Notes under the pieces: model-generated
The model's input: only the letters and a program-made list of their open reading frames with translations
The model's database searches: none
What the model was told of the DNA's origin: nothing
Made by a program: the position numbers and the translations under genes
Shown here: in pieces, positions 46,421 to 58,970 of the stretch
How the letters are laid out: every line of letters begins with the position of its first letter
How positions within the stretch are numbered: the first letter of the stretch is position 1
From: Hyaloraphidium curvatum SAG 235-1
Lineage: Eukaryota > Fungi > Monoblepharomycota
Direction: 5' to 3'
Assembly: GCA_025558095.1 (NCBI GenBank)
Contig: JAIVFI010000002.1
Coordinates: 496,001-560,000 of the forward strand
DNA length: 64,000 nt

Positions 46421-48189
46421 TGGATTGATGTCCTTCGTTGTCGCTAACCACTGTATCCGTTTCACTCGCAAGTCGCTGCAAGTTGTAATTATAAAACCTT
46501 ATATAAAGTCGATTCTTTGCTATTCGAGCCAAACGGTTTGGCGCGCGCTTCCGGTCCTTGCTTTATTACACAACACAAGCGACCCCCTCTTTGCGAGAGC
46601 TTGTAAACCAGTGCAACCGAAACTTGTATTGCCACAAGCGACGCAAACGCAAGCAACTTGGGGCCCAAGGCCGTCGCTCGCGAGGCCATGTCTGTAGCTT
46701 GTAGCTTAGCCTGGGGCTGGGCAGTAAGGCACTTATTAAGTGGAATCAAAACTTTCGCAAACTTTCATTCGCGCCCGAAGCGCGCCGGGTTCCGGGGGCG
46801 AAGCCCCCAGGCCGGGGTTAGGGGGCTGCCGCCCCTTAAAGCTTGGGAGAAGGAGGATTTGGGCCCCGTTTGGCCGTGGAGGATGTGGGACCCGCGATCG
46901 CCGCCGGGACAACGGAGGCTTGGTCGAGCCATGTCACAGTATAGAGTGTCCAGAAACTACAAGTGCAATCAAGAACTGTCCCTCTTGTTGCGCTTCGGTT
47001 TAGGCCGAATCACAGCCATCCCCTGCTCCTGGTTGGGCGGTAGTCAACGCTGTTGCAGGATCTGCAACAGCAATGAAAGACGTCAGGCGATTCTGGTGTG
47101 CTGCGGGGCAGATGGCTGCTCGCGAGATGTCTTCTGATTGTGGTCGACAGTCCTGGCGGACGAACGCCTCCCGCCGGAGTTCATCGCCGAATTGACCGAA
47201 CGCTCCTGCGGGAGAGCACCTCCCGCGGAGAATCCATAGCCGAATTGATCGAAGGGTCCTGCGGGCGAGCGCCTCCCGCGGAGCTTCGTTAGTACAAGCA
47301 TGCTGGACGGTCGCAATCGTCTCACCTCCAGGGTCGTCGACAACGTAAGTCCGACGGTACTCATCCAAGCTCCGGAGCACCTCGTACCTCATCATTGCTG
47401 TTCCGATTCGGAACCCCTGTCAAAGATGGCTAGGACCTTGCGCACCATCTCATACGGGCTCTGCGCGGGCGCCTGGTGCAACACTACGGCCCACCTCGTC
47501 GCAACGCCAAGGGGCCGCGCGATGAGCTGAACCGCTGCCATGGCAATGTTCAAGTGGCCGTCGACAAGCCGGTGGCCTTCTTCTTGCCCGCCGCAGAAGA
47601 CATCCTTCAACTTGCTGCGTTCACGGCTCGTCGGAAGGAAGGCTACGAAGGGGCGAAGCTCCGAGAGCGTGCTGAAGCGAATCCGAGGCTGATCCGAGCC
47701 ACAACACCTCAGCGGTCGCACAAAGTGTCGGGAAAGTCGATCGAGTCCAAAAGGCCCCGGCTCGGCGCCGGCAGGTGAAGAGATTCGGGGCTCCGCGCGA
47801 GTCGGGGACGCGGGACGCTACGGCCGACACGAAGTCTCCCGAGCGTCAAGCGGGTCCGGCCGACCCCGTGGCAGTTTGCTCAGATGTTTCTCCGGCAGAT
47901 TGGCGTTCCCAGAGCGGCCGCAGAGAGGTCGGGGGGAGCGGGTGCAATTCTGTTCTGGAAGCCGCTTAGAGCCGTTGCGACCTTCTCGGGTCGGGAAGGC
48001 GGCGGGTAAAACCGCGCAGAGAGTCACATGCGGGGGTTCGTTTTTCGAACCTCCATCACGGGGCGGGGCCGCGTCGGAGCACGCCCTTGGCCTTCTGGTG
48101 GTACGCAGTTGCGGTGCAGCTTTCGGCCAAAACTCGCCAGATCCCGGGCTCGGGCACCCAGATTCCGATTCCGGAGATTACCTGACATG

Positions 48190-48420
48190 TGCACGCGCTT
48201 CCCCAACAACCCGTGGCAGCCAACGTACGGATGGATGGAAGCGAAGCTGAAGGCGGTCCTCCGTGCGGCGGGCGTCACGGGGTACAAGACTTGGCACAGC
48301 CCACGCAGGGGCGGCGCCACGTATGCCTTTCACTGCGGCGCCAGCGTGGACTGGATTCGTCAGGTCGGGGACTGGAACTCGGACGCCTACCGCCTCTACA
48401 TCGGCATCCGCTCTACTCGC
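48190..48420 (+). pseudogene. C-terminal fragment of a DIRS/Ngaro-type tyrosine recombinase
   Basis: TWHSPRRGGATYAF...IRQVGDWNSDAYRLYI contains HxxR, GxW and the catalytic Tyr. Confidence 0.85.
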
Positions 48421-48919
48421 GGCTCTTTCAGGCCCGGGATTGGGGCCAGCGGGCGGCGGCGCACCAGTTCGACCCGATCCTCGCTCCGTCCCCGACCCCG
48501 GTGCTTGGCGGGGTTTCCTTTGGCGGGGCTCCGGAGACCGCTCAGGCGAGCCATGGATATGGGTTGGATCGGACATCGGACACCGGCGGTGATCGGGGGC
48601 AAGGTTTTACGGCCCGGGCACCCCGGTCCCTAACCGCCGCTTTGCCGGCCCCCAGCCATGGCGGAGCCTCCGAAGCCCAAGCGGGCCCGCGCGCCCGACA
48701 TCCCGTCGCTTTAAAGACGGCGTGGCGGCTGTTTAGGTCGGAGCACTACCGACGAAACAGTCGCGAAAACCGATACCGGTAAAGTGACAGTGAGTGGGGC
48801 TTTACCCCTGCATTGTAGTTTTGACACATTTTGCGCAGCAATGGGTGTTCCAGTCTCCAGACATTTGCCGACCCTTCGGGGATTTGTGGCAAGCCGGGGT
48901 GGTAGGAAATGTGTCAAAG

Positions 48920-51100
48920 CAGCGAGTCCTCCAACTTAGAAAGTGGACGTGCTGCGAAAGGAGGACCGTCAGCTGACGCTCCAGAGCCTCCCGACGGAAA
49001 AGCTCGTGCTCGTGCCGCTTGAGCTGCCGTGCCGCTCGAGCTGCCGGTTGCGGTACACCCATTTTGAGTAGAGCTCGGAGTTTGCGCAGAGTTCGCCAAA
49101 CAGAGTTTGCAGGACAGCGATCACCGTCAACTCAGACGGCGCAGCCCTCATGATCGGGATGTCCGGTGCCCCAAGCAGACCTCCAAGGAAATGTCGCTCA
49201 GCTGCTGGAGCTTTCCGTGGCGGGCCATCTCATTCCGCTTCTTGGTGTCAACGGCGAGGCCGCCATAAACGCGCTCGCCGGTGCACGGGCGCACGATGAG
49301 CAACCCGCCGTTCTTGACAATCGTGGTCTTGCCCGCCCGGACGCCCTTTTCGAGGCCGATTTTGAAGTACGACGCAGACTTGCACATCTTGCTAGCCGGC
49401 GCGTGCGCGTGCTCCGGGCCGACCTTGATTGTGATCTCCTTCTTGACAAAGTCGATGGACTCGATGACGCCCGTGTCGTAGAGCTTCCAAAAGCCGATCT
49501 CGTACAGAGCTTCCGGGATACGAGCTTCCCTCGCCTTGATGGAGACGTGTCCGAGGAAGGCGTCCAAAGTTGCTCTGCCACTGCCCAGGTCGCCCGGTGC
49601 AGCGGGGCCGCCAGGAGACGCTCCGTCGCCGGCTCCCGTCCTTTTTGGCGAAACGTTCTGCGATCGGTCTGCAATGGTTGGCGAATTGAGAGCCGGCCTT
49701 AAGCAACAGTTGCAACACCAAACCCACCGCTAGCGACGACACCGGCTGCGTCGTTATCATCGTCGTTGAGTGTCAGATCGATCACCGTAAATGAGGAGTA
49801 ACGTGCGATTTGAAGTCAACTTGCGCGGCGGGAGTAAATGCAGAAACGTACTCTTTGTTTCTTCGGACGGTCCGGCGCTGCTGGGGGCTTTGTTGGCATA
49901 GATCAGCAATTGAATCAGGCGGAAAAGCACATGATCGGGCAACAAACCACGTCGTCGTCCGAAGATCCCGAGAGATCAAATGAGCCTGCCGAGACCGAGT
50001 CTTCGCGTCAGCTAGATGCCGGAAATAAGATCATCGGGTAATGCCCACCGAGGTGCTTGCCACGACCACCGCGCAGGCGGAGAACCTCGTGATCGATCGG
50101 TTCCGAATCGTTCGTACGATCCTGAGGGGTCTGCGAGCGCTGCGCTGCTGAGGAACGGGCAAATGATGGTTCGTGCTTAACACCCATTTCCTGATTGTGG
50201 AACCACCACATTACGATTGCCATGGTCCACAATCCTGGCCTGGGCCACCGATCCGGTTGCAGACACCGATGTAGGAGGCGCAGGCGGGCCGTGGCTGGTT
50301 CGTCCTGTGGCTGCTCGTGTGGAAAGTTGGCGATCATCGAAACTTCAGGTGCACCGTTTGAACGCGCACGTACCTTGAGGCGTTGCGGAACCCGCGTACC
50401 AGCTTTCCTCTGATGGAGAAAGCGGCACGGGATGGGCGAAAAGTTTGATTCCATGGAAGCCCGAGGCGTGCCTCTCTACCTACCGTCGATAGCTCGGTAG
50501 ACGCGCATGATGCGCAGGGCCTCCCTGTGCGCCCACCTCCCCATCCTCCGCTTTTCCGTCTTAGCCCACTCCTCCTGCAGCCATTTCCGAATCAGTGTCG
50601 TGGACGGCATTTCAACGGGCCAGACCCACTCTGTTTCTCTTCATTAGCCCGAGCGCGCTCCTTCGATGTGGTCCTCTTGTCGAACACTCAAGCGGCCGCC
50701 CTCTACACCTAAGCGTAGGCACCCTTCTTGCATTATGAGCTGCGGCAAAAGATCCGAACCCTCAAGCGGGTTAATAAAGAGGGCAAGATCCACAAAGAAG
50801 GCCCAATCGTCCCTTTCCCGATCGCATTTGGGGCACAACCTGACCAGGTCGCGTAGGAAGTTGATCGAGTGCGCCGCATCCGCGGCTTTCTTGGGAAGTC
50901 CCCGCGCGACGGCGACGTTGCGGGCGACCTCGAGCGCCTTGGCCCGGACTGCGGCTTCCTGGGCACCTTCGCCTCCTTAGTCTCGGCAGCGGGCCCCGCC
51001 CGGTCCGCCCGAATCTCGCTCTTCCGCCATCTTTCTGGCGCGCAACGAGCCTGCAGACGGCGGCGCATGGGACAGGGCAGTCCCGCCGTCCCGGGCGACG
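48920..51100 (-). other. Fragmented hypothetical coding region of unknown family
   Basis: Protein-like pieces such as 49148-49567 (DAFLGHVSIK...YEIGFWKLYD) and 50644-50838. No recognised motif. Confidence 0.25.
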
Positions 51101-52300
51101 TTGCGGGCGGTCCACTTGGCCGCGCCTGCCCGCATCGAGCGCTGGAAAACAAACGACGGTTCGCCAAACTCGTCCCCGCCGTTTTCCAGCGCGAGGCGAC
51201 GGCGGAGCTCGGGCGGGCTCTGCGAGAGTCGGCTTCGCAACTCGTCACTCGATTGCCGCGCGATCGCACACACCCGACCGCAATCGCGCCCGCCTGCACC
51301 CATAATCCGGCGGTGCTAGCCATCGGCGGGCCCGAACCACCGATCACGAGCCGGTGCAACGGCCGCCGGCCCCGGGATTGGGGCTCGCGTAGTCGGGCGA
51401 CGTTGGTGCGACGCGTCTTCGCGCCCCACCAGGCCGGGTCACGCGCCGCAACGGGCCGGGCGAGACTTCAAACGGCCATGCGATCGGATTTGACACCATT
51501 TGAAGCTGCTCTGCGGCCTGCGGTTGCGGTTGGACCACCGTCACCCGGGCGCACACTCATCGCATGGCTGAACGGGGGCCGCCGAGTTGCTCAGACCCCC
51601 GAGCGAATCCCGCCGACAGTGTCGCTCCGTGGCCTAAAACGATTGATGATGATGACGTTCATGCTCGTGGTTCATAGCGAAGATGCTGGCAGCGGTCGGT
51701 CGCGAGCCCCGTGCCTGGCAACGTCGACTGGCGACTCCGCGGCATCGAGCCTGCCTAGCCGCGGCTGTCGGGCCAATCGCGCCTCGGGCGGAGACGGAAG
51801 CTCATCGATTAAGTCTGAGCAGAAGACGGGGCTCGGGGACCGTTGGGCGTCGAAAGATTGGGCAATCCAAGTAGGCGACAGTGGCGGGAAGTAGAAGAAT
51901 TGTTCGAGGGGCGGGCTCCGACTCTCCGAAGCCAAGCGACGGATGAGGAGTGTCGATGACGCGGTGTCAGAGAGATTTTGTGCGGGGGCGAATGAAACTA
52001 AGACCGCGACAGGGAAGGAGTGGAGTCGGGGTGTGCTGAAGGTCTGATTCAGGCTGCAGTCGAACGCGTCCACCGTCTGCCAGCATAATTGATTCATTAT
52101 TCCGCGAGGCCGGATTTGTTGGGTGCGGGAAGTTCTGCTCGGAACCTGCTTCGGAACGGCGGCGTGCTAAACGTTGGCGGATGGCGGGCCACGACGGCCA
52201 CGAGAATAAGACTAGGGGACCACACTGCTGCCCAGATTCGCCCATCCAGTTGGATGTATCCGGCACAACCTGGGCGACGGAGGCGGACGGATCGAACTGC

Positions 52301-52609
52301 CACCGGACCACTTTGGCGATCCCAGGGGAGCTGGAGCGGTGGATGCTGGCTGAGCAAGGCAAAAGAGCGAACCACCGGACCACTTGATGTCCAGCCCGAC
52401 CGAGGCAGGGATCGAGCCTGCCGATCCCCGATGATCCCAGGGGAGCTGGAGCGGTGGATGCTGGCTGAGCAAGGCAAAAGAGCGGACCACCGGACCACTT
52501 TGGCGGATGTCCAGCTCGACCGAGGCAGGGATCGAGCCTGCCGATCCCCGATGATCCCAGGGGAGCTGGAGCGGTGGATGCTGGCTGAGCGAGGCAAAAG
52601 AGCGGACCA
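52301..52609. repeat. Tandem repeat of about 115-120 bp, about 2.6 copies
   Basis: GATCCCAGGGGAGCTGGAGCGGTGGATGCTGGCTGAGC at 52318, 52433 and 52553. Confidence 0.92.
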
Positions 52610-54629
52610 AGCGTCCAACGGAACGCAATTCGTTCTATTCTCCATCTTCGAATACCCATATCCCGGCCCGTTACCCCGACAAACGCGTTCTGGCAGATGC
52701 AAAGAAGCTGATACGGGCCCGTGCGGGTTCCCCCGTACGCAACAGGGTTGAGGCCTGTGGGACCTCTGGCAAACAAGACGGCAATGCTTCTTTGATTGCC
52801 GAAGTTTCTCAACGGTCCAATCTTGGCTTGTCGGAGGTAACGGCCAGGGGTGAGGGAGCAACGTGTCCGAAACAAAGAAAGTGCCCCAGCTGTCGCCAGG
52901 AACCTCGGAGCCGCGATCATTCTAGCCAATGGCATTGGCCAGCACCATGAATGTCTGCTACCCCTGATTCCCTATCCAGTCCTCGCCCAGCGGAGAGCGT
53001 GGGGGCCGACATCCAGCGCCCCGGCCGGGGCCGGCAGCGAACCCCGTACAGCGGCCTCCGAGGGCGGATCCAGCCGCGCAACCCTAGAGAATATGTTCCT
53101 TGCGAGATGCATGCGGCGCCGCCTGCCTCCAAACAGGCACGCGAAGCCGAGGAAGTGCCTCGGACTCGCCGCCGCCGCGAAGGTCCGCTGCCCGGCTCCA
53201 CAAATAGCTCCAGGAAACAATGGACCCGGCATCCCCGTAGAAAACGGCGTAGCCAAAGTTGCCGCCGAGCAAGCCGAGCTCGGCGAGGGGCATTCCACGA
53301 GGAACACTGCGGGGCCCCTCGAGACCCGGGGTGCCGCCCCGCCCCCACACAAGGTCCCCGGCCGGACGCGTCCGCCGCGCCCACCAGCACGTGCAGCGGT
53401 ACTCGCTGCGACGCTGCGCAGGTCGGCGCGCGGCCGGGCGGAGCGTGGGACGCGCACGGGGTCGCCGACCTCGCCGGCCTATGAGGTGAACTGCCGCGGG
53501 ACTTTTCGGAGCTATATGGTAGAGCTCTGGAAAGTCACCCGAATTTTTGATAGGCGGGTTGAGCCAGGTCGCTTGGGGGTCGCTAAGTAACCGGCGTGGC
53601 AATCAGGCTAAAGCTGTGTTAATTAGGGAGAGAATTGCACGCGCGGCATAGAATTGCACCTCGAGCCATAGAATTGCACCCCTTCCCCCCGACCTCTCTG
53701 CGGCCGTCCGCACCGATTGGGACCGCCAATCTGCCGGAGAAACATCTGAACAAAGTCCCACGGGGTCGGCCGGACCCGCTTGACACTCGGGAGACTTCGT
53801 GTCGGCCGTAGCGTCCCGTGTCTCCGACTCGGGCGGAGCCCCGAATCTCTTCACCTGTCGGCGCCGAGCCGCGGCCTTTTGGACTCGATCGACTTTCCCG
53901 ACACTTTGCGCGACCGCTGAGGTGTTGTGGCTCGGATCAGCCTCGGGTTCGCTTCAGCACGCACTCGGAGCTTCGCCCCTTCGTACCCTTCCTTCAGACG
54001 AGCCGTGAACGCAGCAAGTTGAAGGATGTCTTCTGCAGCGGGCAAGAAGAAGGCTGCCGGCTTGTCGACGACGACAGAAAGCACCGCCAGAGATGTCGCA
54101 TCACCAGCGGCACGGAACCAAACAACTCCAGCATCCATTCCTCGCTCAGCATATGCATTCGATCCGCGAAGCGAATGGAATAGCTCACGATCGTCCTCAT
54201 GAAAGAGCTCACGGAAGACGGCCTGCGGCGTATAACACGCTCGCCTTGCGAGGGCGACCGGCGGACGGAGCCTTCGTGGTCATAGAAGAGCCGACAGCCT
54301 GCAGCAGTGGACCACCGTGGAGAGCAAGGTAACGCCCTCGCCCGTCCGACACGATCAAACGCCGGCCATCCGAAAAGTTCTCACTCCAGATCCCTCAATT
54401 ATTGAACTCTAGAGGATGTGCGCCGACTGTGCGACCCAGAACTGTCCGCGCGTGTTCGCCGCGCGGGCGCGGCGCGTCCTCAGCTAGGGCTGCGCGACGC
54501 GCCGCCACTTCGCGTTGCCCCCGTTCGTTTCCCTCTGGCAAAAACGGGAGACTATATGTATCGGAAAAGAATGCCGCGTTCGGACGGCTTCGATAGCCTC
54601 TCTGCGGAGATGGCCGTAGTGGAAAAACT

Positions 54630-57308
54630 CAAGGGGTGAGCACTCGCAAAACATCAACCCGCTCCCGGCGTTCACCACACGCGCAAATCGCCCCGAGAGG
54701 TCCCGAAAACTAGCCAGACAATAAATATAACACAGCTAGCCACGATGGTGGGGTAATTTTAGCCCGATCACGTTAAGTGATGGAGCTTACGGCCGAGGAC
54801 CCTCGCGTGACTCGCCAATCCTCAATCTTGCACGTTTTCGGAAAAATCCAATCCTCAATCCGGCACGGATGCGAGGAGGCAGTCCACAATCCGACCCAAT
54901 CCGGCTCCAATCCGGGGCAGAAAACCTCGCTGGACTTCATCCAGAACTCGCCGCGATCGGGTCAAGTTCATCTCATTGGTCCTGAATTTGAGCAATCCAA
55001 TCGTACAGCTCTCTAGCATCGACCTCCTCCGGTCCTTTCCAGGGTTCCGTCTTGCCGGCGCTTGAAACCGCGGAGGAACGAACCTCTCTGGAGACCGGTG
55101 TTACCGGGGAGTACGTCACCCAGCTCAGCGGAAGGGCATCCCGCATCTCGGGAGTCAACGTTGGGGATCGAGAGGAAGGCGAGGCCGAAGGAGATTCGAA
55201 ATAGTGGTGCTCCTTGGGCGTATCGGTGGCCTCGAACATGCGATCCACCTTCCAGTGGAAACACTGGCACTCTGCAGTGTTCTCCGGGTTTCCCAACGGC
55301 GAGAATGAGCGACTCCTCTGGCCACCAGATCGCCATTCCTCAAGCATGGGATCTTCCGTAGGCGACAAAGACCGGGCATGCTGACCAGAGGGCGAAGGCG
55401 AGCGAGCCTTCGGAGAGACCCGCAGGAGCGTCGCTGACGGACTCAGCGCCAAAGACTGCTCTTCCTCATTGTCCAGACTCAGCGGCAAAGAAAGCTCAGC
55501 CTCGGTGTCCATGGAATCCTCCATCATGGGACGCGTCGCCAAGTGGGCCTCGTCCCAGAGCTCCTCCTCGTCCGCAATGGCTCGTTCTCGCTCCATCGCG
55601 TTGTAAGAGCTGCATCCGAATCCTGTTGAACTCGTCCATGCACCTCCACGGTGGTGGCGTCGGCGGGCCCGGCTCGAATAGGGAATCGGTCGGAGGTCCG
55701 CGCGTCGGATCGCGGATCCCCAGCGAGCTCTCCAGGGGGTCCCAGTCCCCGGTCACGGTGTCGCTGCCATCATGAACCGTGGAGATTGATTCCAAATGAG
55801 ACAGCATGGCGCGTTTGCACGCCGTGAAGGACCAAAGAGATCGCTAATGGTCAGAGTCGCGCCGGAGTCGCGCCCGACCAAACATTGCTCCTCTCTGAAT
55901 CGCCCGACACCATGGGCAACGGGAAGGAGAATACCCCGAAGCAGGATCCAAAAGCGACCGGGACGCGCAGTTCCGGGCCGTGTTTACGGACCCACCGACG
56001 GGCAAGTCGTATCGCCACCGGTTCCAGAAGACACTTCTCAGGGCCAAGTCATCATCTTTGATCTGCGTTCTTGAGACCGCCGTGGTCAAGGAGCTTGCGC
56101 CGGCGGATGCCCCAGCACCGCGCAAGAGAAAGGGGAAAGGGAAGAAGAAGGTGGGGCCCCGAGATGCGTCGGTCTCGAAGATTACGTGCAACTCAATGCG
56201 GAGCTGAAGAAGGAGATCGAGACGCTGTTCAGAGGCTGGAGAGCGGCTCCGGCAAGGGCCGATGTCACGTGGGTACCCACCTGGAAGACCTTGAAGCAGT
56301 AGGCCAGAAAGTAGAAGCTTTCAAACACGCCGCGGGTCTCCAGTCCCGCTCCAGTCCTTTAATCCAGGCCAAATCGGCCGGCAATCCGGCAATCTGGCAA
56401 TCCGGCCCAATCCGGCTCCAATCCGGCTCCAATCCGGCTCCAATCCCCAATCTTGCACGTTTCGGGCCGAGGGCCGGTCACGCAGGGTTTTCATCCCATA
56501 GCACCGCCGTCCGCGACGGCATCAAACCAACCGCCCCCAGAGCGGTTTCAAGGCCATTATGCGCTGCCATCGACGAGGTTCTGAGGGGAGTGGACGTGTT
56601 TTGCGCGTGTGGTGAGCGCCGGGAGCGGGTTGATGTTTTCAGAGAATCAGAGTCTAGAAACCGGAACTACAAAAATACAAAACCTCCTACCCTCCCATAA
56701 CCAGAAGCAGTTGTTGATCCAGCGAGTGGTCATCACCGCGTTTCCGCGGTGGATGGCCACAGATACCGCCTGCCGAATACGGCAGGTGAGCTGCGAGCGG
56801 AGCCCATCCGGGTCGGCGGACTCGGGCTGCGGCGGGTGCACAAGCCGAGCGATGAGCTGGATGACCTGCTCGGAGGATTTGTGCAGTGCGCCGGAGCTCT
56901 CCGCAGCGAAGATGACCAGAGCGTTCGCGCCCTCGAGGGAGACCTGCCACCGCTTTTTGTACTAGGCGATCTTGGCCTTGAGGCGTGCGTCCGCAGCACG
57001 GAGACGAGTCGTCGCTACCGCAGGGAGGGAGTGAGGGTTGGGGTAGGTGATGACGACGTCGACGCCCTTTGCGGCAGAGGGGTGGTCCGTGAACGAGAAC
57101 CAGTGGTCCACCCGGTTGCGTGGGTCCGTCTGAAGGCGCTCCTCGGCCTCGGCCTCCGCTGCAATAGCCCGCGCCAGCGCGTCCGCCGCCTGCTCGGCCC
57201 CGGGCGGGGTGGGCTCCGGGGCAGGGAACACACGTGGCACGCCCATGTCCGCCAAGCTCTTCTCCTTGGTCACGGTGACGCCGTCGTTTTGCGAGTGCCC
57301 ACCCCTTG
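54630..57308. mobile_element. Non-autonomous TIR element with a 9-bp TSD (Mutator-like length)
   Basis: TIR of about 57 bp, CAAGGGGTG(A/G)GCACTCGCAAAACATCAACCCGCTCCCGGCG..CACCACACGCGCAAA. GGAAAAACT at 54621-54629 and 57309-57317. Subterminal CAATCCGGC repeats. Confidence 0.9.
56640..57285 (-). mobile_element. 5'-truncated non-LTR element (restriction-like endonuclease region) inserted in the right TIR
   Basis: RVDHW...VDVVITYP...AADARLKAKIA*YKKR...FAAESSGALH...VSVAIHRGNA. GTTTT duplicated at 56635-56639 and 57286-57290. Confidence 0.85.
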
Positions 57309-58189
57309 GGAAAAACTCCTCAATGACCCCACCGCGGTCTTTTAGGACTTGTCTGACCACCAAATATCTCCGGACATGATGATCAGAATCCTCGAAGGCG
57401 TGGAAAAGCTTGTTGAAGCAGGATCACAGCGGGTCGTGGTCATCGACGTGTCCTCCAATCGTCTGGCGACTATGACCGTTGGTCAGCTCTGTGCCGTTTT
57501 CGACATTCTCAAGGAAAGGAAAGGCATCCGACTTCATCTTGGATTTATTTGATATTTTCTTGCCGAACCTTGATGCCGCCATTGCAAAGTTCGACGAGTG
57601 TGTGCGCCGGCGCGTTTCTGTCGGACCGCCATAGCCGAAGATTGACAGCGGCGCAATGATGGAACGCGTTATCGGGGAAGCTCTCAAAGTCAATGCCACT
57701 TTTACGCGTTTAATAGACAAGAAACAGGATGGTATTTCAAACATGCTCGGTTATATGGACACAGACGCACGCGACCTAGAGCGCAAAATCACGACTGCGG
57801 TCAAAGATTATCTCGTAGACGGCGTCATTATTCAGCACCGCTTTGCCTACATTCATGGTACAAAGAGTCATACCGACATTGATGGCGTGGTAGCGGGGAC
57901 GCACCCTCCACTCAGCGCCCGGTTGTGGTCGCCATCGAGGCAAAACACAAGCTCGACAAAAAGGCAAGGCAAAGGCCGATGCTATTTCCGAACTGGTTGC
58001 TTTTCAAACGCTTTGGGAAGATCTTTGTCTTGAGGATGATGACATGGCGACCGATGGTGCCGAACAGGATCACTCCGCGGAATACAACAACCTGTGCGTT
58101 GCAGAGTTCCGTACCCACGAACTCATTTTTGCATTTGGTTCCAAGAACGTAGTCAACCCTGCGCTGCTTTGCGAAGTTTCCTGGTCTAC

Positions 58190-58850
58190 TGGTCGCGGAG
58201 CCAGACCACCAAGACGCCTTTCACATTGCTCACGAAATCGGAACATGTGCCTTCGAAGATCTGCCGTACACAGGGGCTTCGTTGGTGTAGGCAAAGCTCT
58301 CGTCCATGTAAACCCTTTTATCGTCTGGAATCGCTTCGACTGCGGCGAGATAGTCCCGGATCTCGCCGACTACCCGCTCGTCCGGCCAGTTGAGAGGCTC
58401 ATTTGACACCTTTTTGCGCGTGATGCGACACAGAGCTGTCCGCAATGGGAACCTCCGTCGCAGCAATGACGTCGACGTTTCTGCCAGTCGGCTGCTCAGT
58501 CAGGTGAGCCTTCATTGCCTCAACCTGAGCGTCCGTGAGCTTGCGTGGCCTCCCCCGGAATCGGTTTGCGCGCAAGACTGCGCTCGACGGACCACTGTTT
58601 CATCCAGACGTAAACCAGCGTACGATGCACTTTGAAAAGCGTTGCAGCCCTTGCGACCGACGTTCCGCGCTTGACTGCCTTCACGACGGCGAGCCGGGTA
58701 TAAACAGGGCGACGCTTGTGCTTCAAGACCAGCTGCTGCTGTGACAGGAGCGCCGCCGTAGACGCAGTGGGCATCGGTTCGTCAAGCGTTTTCTCCGTCT
58801 CCTGAGTGGTCATCGCGGTGTTCGCGTGCGCGACGAGGTAGAATTGGAGA
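58190..58850 (-). pseudogene. IS630/Tc1 transposase N-terminal fragment
   Basis: HTH GTSVARAATLFKVHRTLVYVW, GRPRKL-like linker, VYMDESF. Frameshifted and truncated. Confidence 0.8.
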
Positions 58851-58970
58851 GCGATGTTGGATAGGACCAACGCCCCAGTTGTTGCGCGCCTAACCAATTC
58901 GCCTATTCAATCCAAATCCTTGAAGTACTTTACTTGTTTGCATACCGACGGCACTCACAAAAAGCACGCC

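Larger units (their letters stand above)
32942..46689 (-). pseudogene. Nucleotide-sugar transporter copy 2, split by a 12,568-bp insertion
   Basis: 5' part 46579-46689 and 3' part 32942-34010 rejoin to match copy 1 across AGAACTCATA|GCGACCCC. The reading frame is otherwise open. Confidence 0.9.
54556..58190 (+). pseudogene. LRR-like + PD-(D/E)xK nuclease-like gene, split by the 54630-57308 element
   Basis: MYRKRMPR...VVEK|LLNDPTAVF*DLSDHQI...IDVSSNRL..., coiled coil, TDIDGVV...AIEAKHKL. Stops and frameshifts present. Confidence 0.55.

Noticed and set aside
46528-46542. GCCAAACGGTTTGGC hairpin as a canonical Helitron 3' end
   Set aside because: No CTRR terminus or A|T target follows. A Helitron2/Helentron-type end is not excluded.
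52301-52609. Possible CRISPR array
   Set aside because: Whole units repeat with no unique spacers, there are no cas genes, and the context is eukaryotic.
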